Below, piece by piece: positions 10,141 through 19,328 of a DNA stretch of 64,000 bases (positions within the stretch are counted from its first letter, which is position 1; the number at the start of each line of letters is the position of its first letter). Both the position numbers and the translations under genes were made by a program. This stretch comes from Candidatus Spongiisociaceae bacterium (GTDB lineage Bacteria > Actinomycetota > Acidimicrobiia > Spongiisociales > Spongiisociaceae): the NCBI GenBank assembly GCA_965262915.1, contig OZ253564.1:3584001-3648000 (forward strand), read 5' to 3'. The notes below the pieces were generated by a model. That model had not been told where the DNA came from and searched no databases. It saw only the letters and a program-made list of their open reading frames with translations.

Positions 10141-10300
10141 TGTTAGTTGTCAGGTATCAGGTGTTAGCTTTGGTTGGTAGTTGGTAGTTGTTGGTTGCTG
10201 GTCGTCGGATACCGAACTCGACGGACCACCGACCACCGACCACCGACCACCGACCACCGACCACCGACCCCTGGCACCTGGCACCTGGCACCTGGCAAGT
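10141..10300. repeat. Heptamer tandem-repeat array forming an imperfect palindrome
   Basis: (GACCACC)x6 at 10224-10265, GACCCCT, (GGCACCT)x3 at 10273-10293. Left arm has period-7 units TGTCAGG/TATCAGG/TGGTAGT roughly complementary to them. Confidence 0.85.
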
Positions 10301-10303
10301 GGT

Positions 10304-11500
10304 TCATACATGCGCGGAACCCGGGAGTTCGCCCACCTCCGGGGTGACCGTAACCTGGCGGGCCGCGGCAGGCGTGTTGCGGCTCCGCAAGGCCCTGATC
10401 CGGCCGTCGATGAGAACTGCGCTGATACCGGGGATGTCACCGCGGGCCAGCGCGCCAAGAGCGTCTCCCCCATGCGATCCCCAGGGTGCGTCGGCGATGA
10501 CCACATCGGCCGGCCGGCCCACTTCGATCTTCCCGGCATCCAGGTCGTACACGTCCGCCGTAACACCGGAGGCCCAAGCCCAGACCACGGCCGGATCGGC
10601 TCGGGTGAGCGAAGACAACTCGGCCATGGTCTTGATGACCCCCAGCGGCATCACCCCCGTTCCGGTAGGGGTGTCGGAACCGATAATGATCCGGTGGTCG
10701 GCGCCATGCTCCAGGGCTGCGTCAACGATGTGGATGGCACTGCGGATGTTGCCGGCCTGCACGATCTGGAGCACCAGTTCGGTGCCGGTGACGATCTCGA
10801 GCAAACCCTCGTCGTCGAGGGAGGAAGGACCGCCGTTTATGTGGCCGCAGACATCGGGCCGCAGCAACATGAGGTGATCGGTGGTGATGGGCTTGGAACC
10901 AGGAATCGAGGCGCCCCCCGAATGGCACATGACGCGGATCCCGACCTCCTGGGCCGCCCTTACCTCGGGAAGGCCGTCAGCAGGATCCTCGTACAGACCG
11001 AACCCGAACTTGGCGAGGCGTACTCCCTGGTCCGCCATGTACCGGAAGTGTCTCCGCTCCAGGGTCGGTTCGAGCACCACCGCCCCGCCGTGCACCTTCA
11101 TACCGTTGGGCCGGTAGTTACTCCAAGACCGCTGGGCGAATACGGCCAGGGCCACTACGCCTTCGGCGTCGTGGGGACGGCCGGGTGCGTGGATCTCACC
11201 GGGCGAGATCGCCTGCGTAATCCCTCCATGTACATATGAGCTCAGAAAGCCGACCACGTTCTGGCGCGGGGTGAAGTCGCCGATCACAACATGGCAGTGG
11301 GAGTCGATCAGGCCCGGGCCCACCGTGGCGCCGTTGGCATCGATGATCTGATCAGCCTGTTCGGAGCCGTCGGCAGATCCGATCGAAGAGATCAACCCGT
11401 CTTCGATGAATAGTGCTTCGGCCTCACTCACCGGCCGGGCAAGGTCGCCGGTTACCAAGGTGCCTATGTTTATCACCGCAGTGCTGTACGCCTCGGCCAC
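10304..11500 (-). CDS. Enamidase-like amidohydrolase
   Basis: PGLIDSHCHVVIGDFTPRQ...SYVHGGIT, CHSGGASIPGS, GHINGG, GSDTPTGTGVMPLG resemble the enamidase subfamily. Confidence 0.82.
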   Translation of the reverse strand: MAEAYSTAVINIGTLVTGDLARPVSEAEALFIEDGLISSIGSADGSEQADQIIDANGATVGPGLIDSHCHVVIGDFTPRQNVVGFLSSYVHGGITQAISPGEIHAPGRPHDAEGVVALAVFAQRSWSNYRPNGMKVHGGAVVLEPTLERRHFRYMADQGVRLAKFGFGLYEDPADGLPEVRAAQEVGIRVMCHSGGASIPGSKPITTDHLMLLRPDVCGHINGGPSSLDDEGLLEIVTGTELVLQIVQAGNIRSAIHIVDAALEHGADHRIIIGSDTPTGTGVMPLGVIKTMAELSSLTRADPAVVWAWASGVTADVYDLDAGKIEVGRPADVVIADAPWGSHGGDALGALARGDIPGISAVLIDGRIRALRSRNTPAAARQVTVTPEVGELPGSAHV

Positions 11501-11503
11501 TTG

Positions 11504-12085
11504 CTAACGCAATCCGTCCTCACCGACCGCATCGGCAGCCGCCAGCCCGCCCAACCTGGCGTTGGGCCGTCCCCGGTTGGCCACCGCCACTGCGACCACC
11601 ACCTCGTCGGGCCGGGGCGCGTCGCCCGGATAGAGAGTGGCGGCGTCGTAGTGGTCTCGAACGTAGAGGGCATCCTTGTGGGCGAGCGGGATAGTGATCG
11701 GGGAGCCCGCGGCGGCGACGACCGTGGCGGAGGACATCCACGCCACCCCCCCTCCGACTGCCTCCCGGAGGGGGTTGGCCATGGCGGTGGAGAGGAACAT
11801 CACCACATGCTCCTGGGAACCGTTGAGACCGGCGATCCCGCCCTTGCCGTATGACAGGACCGGAGCTCGGAGCGCCTCGACCGCCATGGCCCCGAGCCGG
11901 GCGCCCAGACCGGCTGAGAACTCCACTGCCTCCGACAAGTCCTCGTGGTAGAAACCGGCAAAGGGGTTGTGGATCACCGCGGCGACGATAGCTTTGCGCA
12001 GAGGCGGGTCGGCCTGGATGCCCTCCCGGCTGCGCTCCTCGTCAACCTGAGTGATGAACTTGCGGATCGGGAAGGAGTAACTCAA
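11504..12085 (-). CDS. Amino acid synthesis family protein (DUF1185/AA_synth)
   Basis: AAVIHNPFAG, SYGKGGIAG, PLAHKDALYVRDHYD, DAPRPDE, GRPNARLGG. Confidence 0.88.
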   Translation of the reverse strand: MSYSFPIRKFITQVDEERSREGIQADPPLRKAIVAAVIHNPFAGFYHEDLSEAVEFSAGLGARLGAMAVEALRAPVLSYGKGGIAGLNGSQEHVVMFLSTAMANPLREAVGGGVAWMSSATVVAAAGSPITIPLAHKDALYVRDHYDAATLYPGDAPRPDEVVVAVAVANRGRPNARLGGLAAADAVGEDGLR

Positions 12086-12837
12086 CGGGACACCCTCCTC
12101 GCGGCTGCGGCAGCCGGGGGGTAGGTCCGGTCGAACAGACCTGGTCGCAGACCCCGCAGGTACGTGAGGACATCTTCGAGGTCGGTTACGTCCACGTACT
12201 TCATGTGCAGGTCGAACAGGGCGATCTTGTGGGACACCTCTCCACGGTCGAACACGGCCTCGTGAGGGATGGTCACCCTGAAGTCATATGACAAGGCATC
12301 GACGGCGCTGGCTCGGACGCACCCACTGGTGGTTGTGCCGGTGACAATCAGCGAATCGGCGCCCATCATGTTGAGATGGCTCACCAGGGGTGTACCGAAG
12401 AACGCGGAAGGCTTTCGCTTCTCGATGAGCAGGTCGTCGGGCTCTGGCGCAACCTCGGCCACGATCTCATTGCCCTTGTGTCCCATCACATCGACCTCGT
12501 CTTCGGATCGCGTGCTCTTGAGGGTCCACACCCCGAGGTCGAACCCGTCGGCACGCCGCGGGTTGGTGGTGTAGATCACCGGAAGGCGCTTGCGGCGTGC
12601 CACGTTGAGGATTGCGCGGATAGCCGGAATTCCCCTCTCCCAGGCCTCGGGTCCGCAGGAATAGCGCCACCTGCTGATCGATTCGAGGATCGGTTCGGCC
12701 CGGTCGCCGCAGAAGTTGTAGTTGACGTCGATCACCATGATCGCCGGCCGCTCGCCGTACCCGGCACGCTTGCCCCAGCCGGCCTCCTCGAAGACGGCCC
12801 GGTCAGTGTCGGTGAGTACGTCGTCCCAGATCTCCAT
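12082..12837 (-). CDS. Isochorismatase-family cysteine hydrolase (maleamate amidohydrolase / N-carbamoylsarcosine amidase-like)
   Basis: PAIMVIDV, KRKPSAFFGT, GTTTSGCVRASAVDA, HMKYVDV; true start is the ATG at 12837. Confidence 0.88.
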   Translation of the reverse strand: MEIWDDVLTDTDRAVFEEAGWGKRAGYGERPAIMVIDVNYNFCGDRAEPILESISRWRYSCGPEAWERGIPAIRAILNVARRKRLPVIYTTNPRRADGFDLGVWTLKSTRSEDEVDVMGHKGNEIVAEVAPEPDDLLIEKRKPSAFFGTPLVSHLNMMGADSLIVTGTTTSGCVRASAVDALSYDFRVTIPHEAVFDRGEVSHKIALFDLHMKYVDVTDLEDVLTYLRGLRPGLFDRTYPPAAAAARRVSR

Positions 12838-12839
12838 GG

Positions 12840-14450
12840 TCAACCCCCCGTGACTCCTCGATACCTGGTCGTCTCGGCGGCGAACCCCGGACGAACGAAC
12901 GCGTCGGCCAACCACCGATCGGTCGGGGCAACACGCACCGGACTGACGGGGTGGATCCCCCGTCTCTCGGGACGAAGCGACCGGGGCAAGTACTCGCCCC
13001 GCGGCTCCCCCACCGGGCGCATACCCGGGGAGTCGTCGGCCCACTCTGCCGACACCTCGCCGCGCAGGATGGTCATGATCGGCCAGCCTGTGAAGGTGTG
13101 ACCCTCCATGATCGACCATCCCGACCGGGTGTTGATGTGCTCCTTGCCCACGGTGACCTCCCGGCCCAGATCGATGATGACGAAGTCTGCATCGAACCCC
13201 GGTAGGAGCGATCCCTTCCGGCCCCACAGGCCAGCGGTCTTGGCCGGGTTCTCGCAACTGACCTGGACGGCTCTCTCCAGGCTGATCCGGCCCTTGTTGA
13301 CCCCTTCGGAAAGCATCACCGGCAGGAATAGCTCTACCCGGGAGAATCCGGTGCGGCAATCCCAGATGACAGGGTTGTACATCTCCTCGTGCGACGAGGG
13401 CTCCCACCCCACCACATGGTCCGATCCCACCACATCGACCGTGCCGTCGGCAAGGGCCACCCACAACGCCTCGATGTTGTCGCGACGGCGGAGCGGGACG
13501 TTGATGCGCCACCCGTACTCGGGCTCAGCCCACAACCAGGGCGGCCCTGTCTGGGCGTAGAGCTCGAGTCCTTCGGCTCGGGCCCTCGCCACCTCCTCGA
13601 AGGACAGCCTGGTGGTGCAGTGCTGCAGGTACAGCGGAACGTTGCCGGGGGTCTGCATGGCGAGATAGGCGTATGAGCGGATGTGCTGCGCCTCGAGGAA
13701 GTCGGGCGACCGATCGGTCCAGGATCCGAAGTCGGTTCTACCCCCTTCGCGGAGACGGTCCTCGAAGATCCGTCCGATCTCCCAGTTCTCAGGATGGATG
13801 TGAACGATTCCCGGGCGCCCGAGATGGGCTACCTCCTCCATGACCAGATAGACCGTTCCATCGTCGATTCCCTCCCCGAGACCGGCCCGGCGTGACGGCC
13901 AGTTGGTGTCCGCGTCGTCCGCCATGCCCTTCATGGAGCGGGTCTGCAGGTAGAGCTTGAAAGAGGTGACCCCGTGCTCCTCCGCGTATTGGGGAATCTC
14001 CCGGGCGTGTTCGTCGGTCTCGAGCATGTACGTCAGGTAGGCGTCGACCTGGCTGTGCTCGTTGATCACATCCCGGCCGGAAGGGAATGACTCGTTGAAG
14101 GAGACCACGTCGGATCTGGAAACCACCTCCTTGAAAGGAACCGTACCCAGCCGGGTGGTGGGCGCCTGGATACCCCAGGTGGTTATGCCGGCGGTTGCCG
14201 CCGCCTTCGATTCGGTCTTCATGTCGTAGTCAAACGGCACGTAGCAGCCCGGATGTGCTTCGGAGTCGACCACACCGGGAAGGATGTAGTTACCGCGAGC
14301 GTTGATCGTCCGGGCGGCGGGCGGTATCAACTCCTCAGGAGCGAGGATCGCCACCTTGCCGTCCTTGACCCCCACCGCTACGCGGTACCGCCCTTCCCCC
14401 AATACAACCGTTCCGTTGACTACCGCGAGATCGAGGGGTTCTCCTGCCAT
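12840..14450 (-). CDS. Dihydroorotase/allantoinase-like cyclic amidohydrolase
   Basis: PGVVDSEAH, SFKLY, HPEN, QHC, GSDH, ENPAKTAGL...GFDADFVI; ATG 14450 after GGAG. Confidence 0.85.
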   Translation of the reverse strand: MAGEPLDLAVVNGTVVLGEGRYRVAVGVKDGKVAILAPEELIPPAARTINARGNYILPGVVDSEAHPGCYVPFDYDMKTESKAAATAGITTWGIQAPTTRLGTVPFKEVVSRSDVVSFNESFPSGRDVINEHSQVDAYLTYMLETDEHAREIPQYAEEHGVTSFKLYLQTRSMKGMADDADTNWPSRRAGLGEGIDDGTVYLVMEEVAHLGRPGIVHIHPENWEIGRIFEDRLREGGRTDFGSWTDRSPDFLEAQHIRSYAYLAMQTPGNVPLYLQHCTTRLSFEEVARARAEGLELYAQTGPPWLWAEPEYGWRINVPLRRRDNIEALWVALADGTVDVVGSDHVVGWEPSSHEEMYNPVIWDCRTGFSRVELFLPVMLSEGVNKGRISLERAVQVSCENPAKTAGLWGRKGSLLPGFDADFVIIDLGREVTVGKEHINTRSGWSIMEGHTFTGWPIMTILRGEVSAEWADDSPGMRPVGEPRGEYLPRSLRPERRGIHPVSPVRVAPTDRWLADAFVRPGFAAETTRYRGVTGG

Positions 14451-14624
14451 GTCTCCCAAACTCCGTCCCTGTGTCTTGTCAGCAACAGAAACAGTAGCCC
14501 ATAGCGACACCGTCACCTAAGCAAGAAGCCGCCGTGATCGAGAACGGATATTCCCTCATCGGCAATCGTCCCGGACCCCACCTCGCCAGCGGGATCGAGT
14601 TATCCGACGCTGATAGTGCCATTA

Positions 14625-16418
14625 TCAGCGTCCGGCGGCAGTGCCCTCAACCTCGGTAATCGTCCGATGGTTCTCTTGGCGCGGATCATGGTTAGGTGGC
14701 GGGCGCGGCTGAACCTCCGACGAAGGCGCCAGGTACGGGAACTCCACCGGCGCAGTGGACACAGACATTCCGCTGGCGCCGTGGAGGGACACGATCACGT
14801 TACGAAGCCAGCCCTCATCATCCCGGTAGGGATAGTCGGCCCGGTGGTGAGCACCCCGGCTCTCGGTTCGGGCAACAGCGCTGTGACACAACGCTGCGGC
14901 TACCACCAGCAGGCTCTCCATATCCAGCGCCTCGTTCCATGCAAGGTTGTACTCACGGCCGCCCGCAGAACGAACTGACGAGAGGCGGGCTTGGGTGGTG
15001 TACAGCTTCTCGATGGTTCGGTCAAGACCTTGCTTCGTACACACTACTCCTGCACCCTCCCACATCGCCTCTTCGAGTTCCTGCCGAAGGTCATGGGGAT
15101 TCTCGTTACCTCCCGGCTCGCCAAGTAGCGATTCAGCCCGGCGGCGAATCGACTCAGCCTCTGCGGGCGAGGTCGCAGGAAGACACCTACCGGACGCGAA
15201 TCGAGCCATGGCCTCTCCGGCCCGAGCCCCGAATATCGTGGACTCGGCGACCCCGTTGCCGCCCAGACGGTTGCAGCCGTGGACACCACCCGCGTCCTCA
15301 CCGGCCACGAACAAACCCTCGATGGCGGTGCGGCCCATCGGGTCGATTCTGGCTCCACCCATGTGGAAGTGGGAGGTGGGGATCACCTCAATCGCCTCTC
15401 GGGCCAGATCGCGCCCTGCCAGAGAAGCGCGCTTGACCATGCCGGGGAACTCGGTAGCCACCCGATCCGCGCCTATGTGGCTGACATCGAGGTAGACACC
15501 CCCTTGCGGTGTCCCACGCCCCGCCACGACCTCCAGGTAGATCGCCCGCGATACGATGTCCCGCGTTGACCTCTCCATCCTCTCCGGGTCGTGGGATGCC
15601 ATGAACCGCTCCCCCGCCATGTTGAGGAGATAGCCGCCTACGCCGCGCAGCCCCTCCTCCACGACCGAGCCGGTGAGTATCGAATCGCCGGCCAATAGCC
15701 CGGTCGGGTGGAACTGGAGCATCTCCATGTCCATCAGGTCCAGCCCGGCACGGAAAGCCATCGCCACCCCATCGCCCGACTTCTCCATTGAGGGGGAGGA
15801 GTAGCGGTACATGCGGGCCCCGCCCCCGGTGGCTACCAGGACCGCCCTAGCTCTGATCACGACGAACTGACCCGTCCGAAGGTCGGAGGCGACCAACCCC
15901 CCTACCCGTGCTCCGTGGTCGGACACGAGGAGGTCGAGTGCCCGGTGCTCTTCGAGGATACGGACGTTGGGTTTGGTCATCACATGATCCGCCAGCCGGG
16001 AGACGATCTCGATACCGGTCAGATCCCTACGGTGTACCGTGCGGTCGTAGGTCATCCCACCGAACGGCTTGAGGTCGTAGCCACCTTCGGGAGTCCGGTC
16101 GAACCGGCACCCCAGAACCTCCTCCATTTCGTCGATTCGCAGCGGGGCGTCTTCGGTCAGAACCTTGGCAAGACGCTGATCGTTCAGGTATCCGCCGCCG
16201 ATGATCGTGTCCCTCAGGTGGATCGCGGGAGAGTCGCCGGCCTGCAACGCTGCGTTGTAGCCGCCCTGGACCATCCGGGTGCATCCGCTCTTCCCGAACA
16301 AACCTTTGACGACGATCACCACATTCAGGTCGGAGGGATGGTCAGTCGCCCGGAGAGCCGCGAACAGGCCGGCGCCACCCGATCCGACAATCGCGATGTC
16401 CGCGGTCAGTTCGTTCAA
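14625..16418 (-). CDS. Succinate dehydrogenase/fumarate reductase flavoprotein-like subunit
   Basis: GSGGAG, QFHPTG, STRDIVSR, HFHMGG, NRLGGN, RTESRGAH; TTG start overlaps the upstream stop. Confidence 0.88.
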   Translation of the reverse strand: MNELTADIAIVGSGGAGLFAALRATDHPSDLNVVIVVKGLFGKSGCTRMVQGGYNAALQAGDSPAIHLRDTIIGGGYLNDQRLAKVLTEDAPLRIDEMEEVLGCRFDRTPEGGYDLKPFGGMTYDRTVHRRDLTGIEIVSRLADHVMTKPNVRILEEHRALDLLVSDHGARVGGLVASDLRTGQFVVIRARAVLVATGGGARMYRYSSPSMEKSGDGVAMAFRAGLDLMDMEMLQFHPTGLLAGDSILTGSVVEEGLRGVGGYLLNMAGERFMASHDPERMERSTRDIVSRAIYLEVVAGRGTPQGGVYLDVSHIGADRVATEFPGMVKRASLAGRDLAREAIEVIPTSHFHMGGARIDPMGRTAIEGLFVAGEDAGGVHGCNRLGGNGVAESTIFGARAGEAMARFASGRCLPATSPAEAESIRRRAESLLGEPGGNENPHDLRQELEEAMWEGAGVVCTKQGLDRTIEKLYTTQARLSSVRSAGGREYNLAWNEALDMESLLVVAAALCHSAVARTESRGAHHRADYPYRDDEGWLRNVIVSLHGASGMSVSTAPVEFPYLAPSSEVQPRPPPNHDPRQENHRTITEVEGTAAGR

Positions 16419-17098
16419 TGCCGAGTCCTGAAGGTGAATGCCCTTCGGACGACCATCCGCTTCAGTTTGTGTATGGCCTGCGGGAGGGCGAGATCCTTGG
16501 GGCATGCAGCCAAGCAGTCAAGATGGCCTCGGCATCCGTAGATCCCGTCCGGCGTCGCCAATGCTCTCAAGCGGGTCTCGGCTTCAGATTCGCTGCCCTC
16601 CTCAACGAGGCGCAGCGCCCGGAACAATGCCGCGGGTCCTACGTAGCCCTGGTTGACGGCGGCCATGGTGCAAGCCGACAAGCATGCTCCGCAGGTGATG
16701 CAGTCCCCTAGCGTCTCCGGGTATGCGGGCGTGTCGCTGCGGAATGCTCCCCCAGCCGGATCCACCCGTCGGTAACGATCGAAGAACGGCTCAAGGTCGA
16801 CTACCAAGTCCTTGACGACCGGGAGGTTTCGCAGAGGACGGATACGCACACCGCTTCCACCGGGAGGCGCGGGCGTCTGGCAGGCGAGAACCTCTCGCCC
16901 GTCGACAACCACCGCGCAGGTGCCACACATTCCCACCCGGCACGCCGAGCGGAACGCAAGGGTGGGATCGTGGTGTTGAACGATCAACCTGAGCAGGTCA
17001 AGGATCGAGACCTGGGCCCCCGGCGCCACATCGTAGGTGGCCTCATGCGTGCCCCGTGTACGGTCGAAACGGGCGATCTGTACCTTGACTGTCTTCAC
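16415..17098 (-). CDS. SDH/FRD iron-sulfur subunit
   Basis: CRVGMCGTC..C (2Fe-2S), CITCGACLSAC, CRGHLDCLAACP clusters; GTG start at 17098. Confidence 0.88.
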   Translation of the reverse strand: MKTVKVQIARFDRTRGTHEATYDVAPGAQVSILDLLRLIVQHHDPTLAFRSACRVGMCGTCAVVVDGREVLACQTPAPPGGSGVRIRPLRNLPVVKDLVVDLEPFFDRYRRVDPAGGAFRSDTPAYPETLGDCITCGACLSACTMAAVNQGYVGPAALFRALRLVEEGSESEAETRLRALATPDGIYGCRGHLDCLAACPKDLALPQAIHKLKRMVVRRAFTFRTRH

Positions 17099-17457
17099 AG
17101 GGCGACCACGGCTCCCCAGACGGTGACCGCTGCGGCTATCACCACAAAGGGGATAGTGAGCCGGTCGGCTGTGCGTATCCATCCGGAGTCGATCATCATC
17201 GTGCGGATCCCGAATACGGCATGAAACGCCACTGCCCCGATGAGTATCACGTCCACCGCGCCGTTGGTGTGGATCTCCGAGAGGGAGGCCCCGCCGGGTA
17301 TGTCGCTCCTGAAAGCCCATCCGCTGATGACCTTCAGCGGTACCAGGACCAACAGCAGCACCGAGGTGACGCGCTGAACTACCCACGCCACAACCCCCCG
17401 TGTCGGCCGGCGGTCCCTCCAAGGCGAGCCGCTAGCACGGGAGGATGGCTCGGTCAC
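17095..17457 (-). CDS. SDH-type membrane anchor subunit (3 TM)
   Basis: AWVVQRVTS and FHAVFGIRTMMID heme-ligand motifs; start approximate. Confidence 0.75.
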   Translation of the reverse strand: MTEPSSRASGSPWRDRRPTRGVVAWVVQRVTSVLLLVLVPLKVISGWAFRSDIPGGASLSEIHTNGAVDVILIGAVAFHAVFGIRTMMIDSGWIRTADRLTIPFVVIAAAVTVWGAVVAL

Positions 17458-17658
17458 GTAACCGGCCCCGAAGGTACGACACGTCCGCCCCCCGTCAGGT
17501 GACGGGCATCCGAAGTCCCGTGCAGTTGATCCACGGGAATGTCGTTTGACAGCAGAGCAACCTCTAGCACGGAACACCCCGATCGGATCGACCCGGCGGC
17601 GATAGCGGCCGCCACGTCACAACCAGCGTGGCGTCAGAGCTGTTACCAGGGAGAAGTT

Positions 17659-17980
17659 CTACTCCAGAAGGCAACTGCACCATTCCTCGTCCACTTCGAA
17701 ATCGCGGATCGCCTTGCCGGCTAGCGAGCGAGCCGACATGCCCAGCAGCCCGACCGACTCGGCCAGGTTACGCGCCAGCACCGGCATCATCACGTTGATC
17801 CCGAAGTCGCCGTTGGCCGCCGCCCACACCACCGTGGCATCGTTACCGATGATATGCACCACCGGCCTGATCGCGTTGCAAGACCGCGTTCACCTCGGCT
17901 GGATCGGAAATGATCGAAGAACCCAGGTGGATAGGGTTCATGCGGTTCCCACCGATCGCCATCGTGGCCAGGAGTTCAGC
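17659..17980 (-). pseudogene. fumC: Class II fumarate hydratase remnant
   Basis: IIGNDATVVWAAANGDFGINVMMPVLARNLAESV matches the FumC C-terminal helix region; a MAIGGT-like patch lies near 17945-17970; most of the gene is deleted. Confidence 0.65.
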
Positions 17981-18267
17981 CAACGGGGATGATCGGTCAT
18001 CTTTAGGGGCGAGACCTCAATACCCCCACAGCAACGCTGACCATCACCGCGCCGCTGGCTGCTCCCCAAGAATCACCCGCCGGTGGCTGCTCCATAATAG
18101 GTGTCGGCCGACACTTCCAGTGCGCCGAGCGCATCCACCAATACGCTTGTGCGGTCTCATACGGCTCCGTCCTCCAAACCTCGACCGTCTCGATTAACCC
18201 GCATCGGACCGCCGCCGAACCCTCGGAGGGCCGCTTGCCGAGTTGCTCGCCCCAAGCCACCGCTCCA

Positions 18268-18984
18268 TTAGGAGGAACCCGTGGTTCTGTCGCCGGTGAG
18301 GCGCCGAACGGCGTCGTCCATATGCGCGGAGATCGCTCGCAACACCTCGTCACGGTCTCCGGATCGCAGAGCTGTCAGGATTCTTCGATGCTCTTCAGCT
18401 AGGTGAGTCCCCTCGTTGTAGGCGCCTTCCAGCCGGCGGAGGCAGACTGCCGTCTCGACGAGCAACGTCGCGAACATCCTCGTCAACCTCGCGCTGCCCG
18501 CCGCCTCGACGAGTTTCTCGTGGAAGTGGCGATCCGCCTCCAGAGTTGACCTCAGATCCGAGGAGGCGGCGGCATCCTCGAGGGAAGTCAGCGCGGCTTC
18601 CAGCACCTCCCAGTCAACATCTTGGGGCGCCCGCATGATCGCATCCGCCGCAGCCGTCTCGCACGCGGTACGGGCAAGGTAGACATCGATCACGTCCTCG
18701 CTCCGCAGCACTCTGATGAAAACACCCCGCCGCCGGTTCTCCGCCAGACCTTCCTGTATGAGGCGTTGCAGCGCCTCCCGTACGGGTGCTCGACTCACCC
18801 CCAGTTGTTCGGCCAGCCGTGTTTCCACCATCCGGGTGCCTGGGGCGAGTGTCCCGTCGAGAATCGCTTCTCGGACCCTGCGCGCGATGATGAGCGCGGT
18901 CGGGGGCCGGGCAATGGGCTGAAATTGGTCCAAACCTGTAGCTCGAGTGCGTCGCATCTCAGATGGGCGTGCCGAACCTTTCAT
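18268..18984 (-). CDS. GntR/FadR (FCD domain) transcriptional regulator
   Basis: PGTRMVETRLAEQLGVSRAPVREAL, DRHFH, AEEHRRI; start uncertain (18984 or 18957). Confidence 0.9.
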   Translation of the reverse strand: MKGSARPSEMRRTRATGLDQFQPIARPPTALIIARRVREAILDGTLAPGTRMVETRLAEQLGVSRAPVREALQRLIQEGLAENRRRGVFIRVLRSEDVIDVYLARTACETAAADAIMRAPQDVDWEVLEAALTSLEDAAASSDLRSTLEADRHFHEKLVEAAGSARLTRMFATLLVETAVCLRRLEGAYNEGTHLAEEHRRILTALRSGDRDEVLRAISAHMDDAVRRLTGDRTTGSS

Positions 18985-19058
18985 TCGTCCCCACTCCCCA
19001 TGGGCATGGACCCCGTCTCTTTCAGCGAATCGCCGGACGGAAGTGGGCTCCTTGAGAA

Positions 19059-19073
19059 TCGTCGATTGTCGAC
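19059..19073 (-). promoter_or_regulatory. Putative GntR operator site 1 (GTCGACAATCGACGA)
   Basis: Identical 15-mer at 21808-21822 and 14/15 at 22890-22904; lies 12 nt downstream of a TAGGCT -10 hexamer (19091-19086). Confidence 0.65.
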
Positions 19074-19115
19074 GAATGATCAATCAGCCTAGCATCCGGA
19101 GAAACACCCCTCTAG

Positions 19116-19215
19116 GAGGGTGGTGTGAAACTCCCTTCACGGCCCGTCGACCGATAACATAATGCCTGTTCAGAGGAAGACGGGCCGTTGCTCCCCACCG
19201 TTTTAGACCACCCTC
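19116..19215 (+). mobile_element. MITE family A copy 1 (100 bp, IS5/IS1182-like ends)
   Basis: TIR GAGGGTGGTGTGAAA / TTTTAGACCACCCTC flanked by CTAG on both sides; homologous copy at 35287-35385. Confidence 0.8.
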
Positions 19216-19328
19216 CTAGGAGAATGCGGAAGAATGACCAAGGCCGTCGGCCGGTCGCCGAAGGACCGGGCCTGCTGTGGATGGGCGAAGGGCCGCTGGT
19301 GGACTCCTCAGGATCCTCGTAGCTCACA

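Noticed and set aside
8775-10187. Long antisense or alternative-frame ORFs (also 28850-30229, 37563-38915 and many others)
   Set aside because: They are shadows of real genes in high-GC DNA and carry no family motifs.
10141-10300. Possible CRISPR array
   Set aside because: The units are 7-bp tandem repeats without spacers, and there are no cas genes in the window.
12837-13512. Long N-terminal extensions in the ORF track (12082-13512, 7768-8913, 16415-17422, 29266-30882, 36903-38597) suggesting fusions
   Set aside because: The extensions overlap upstream genes in another frame; coupled starts or RBS sites define shorter proteins.
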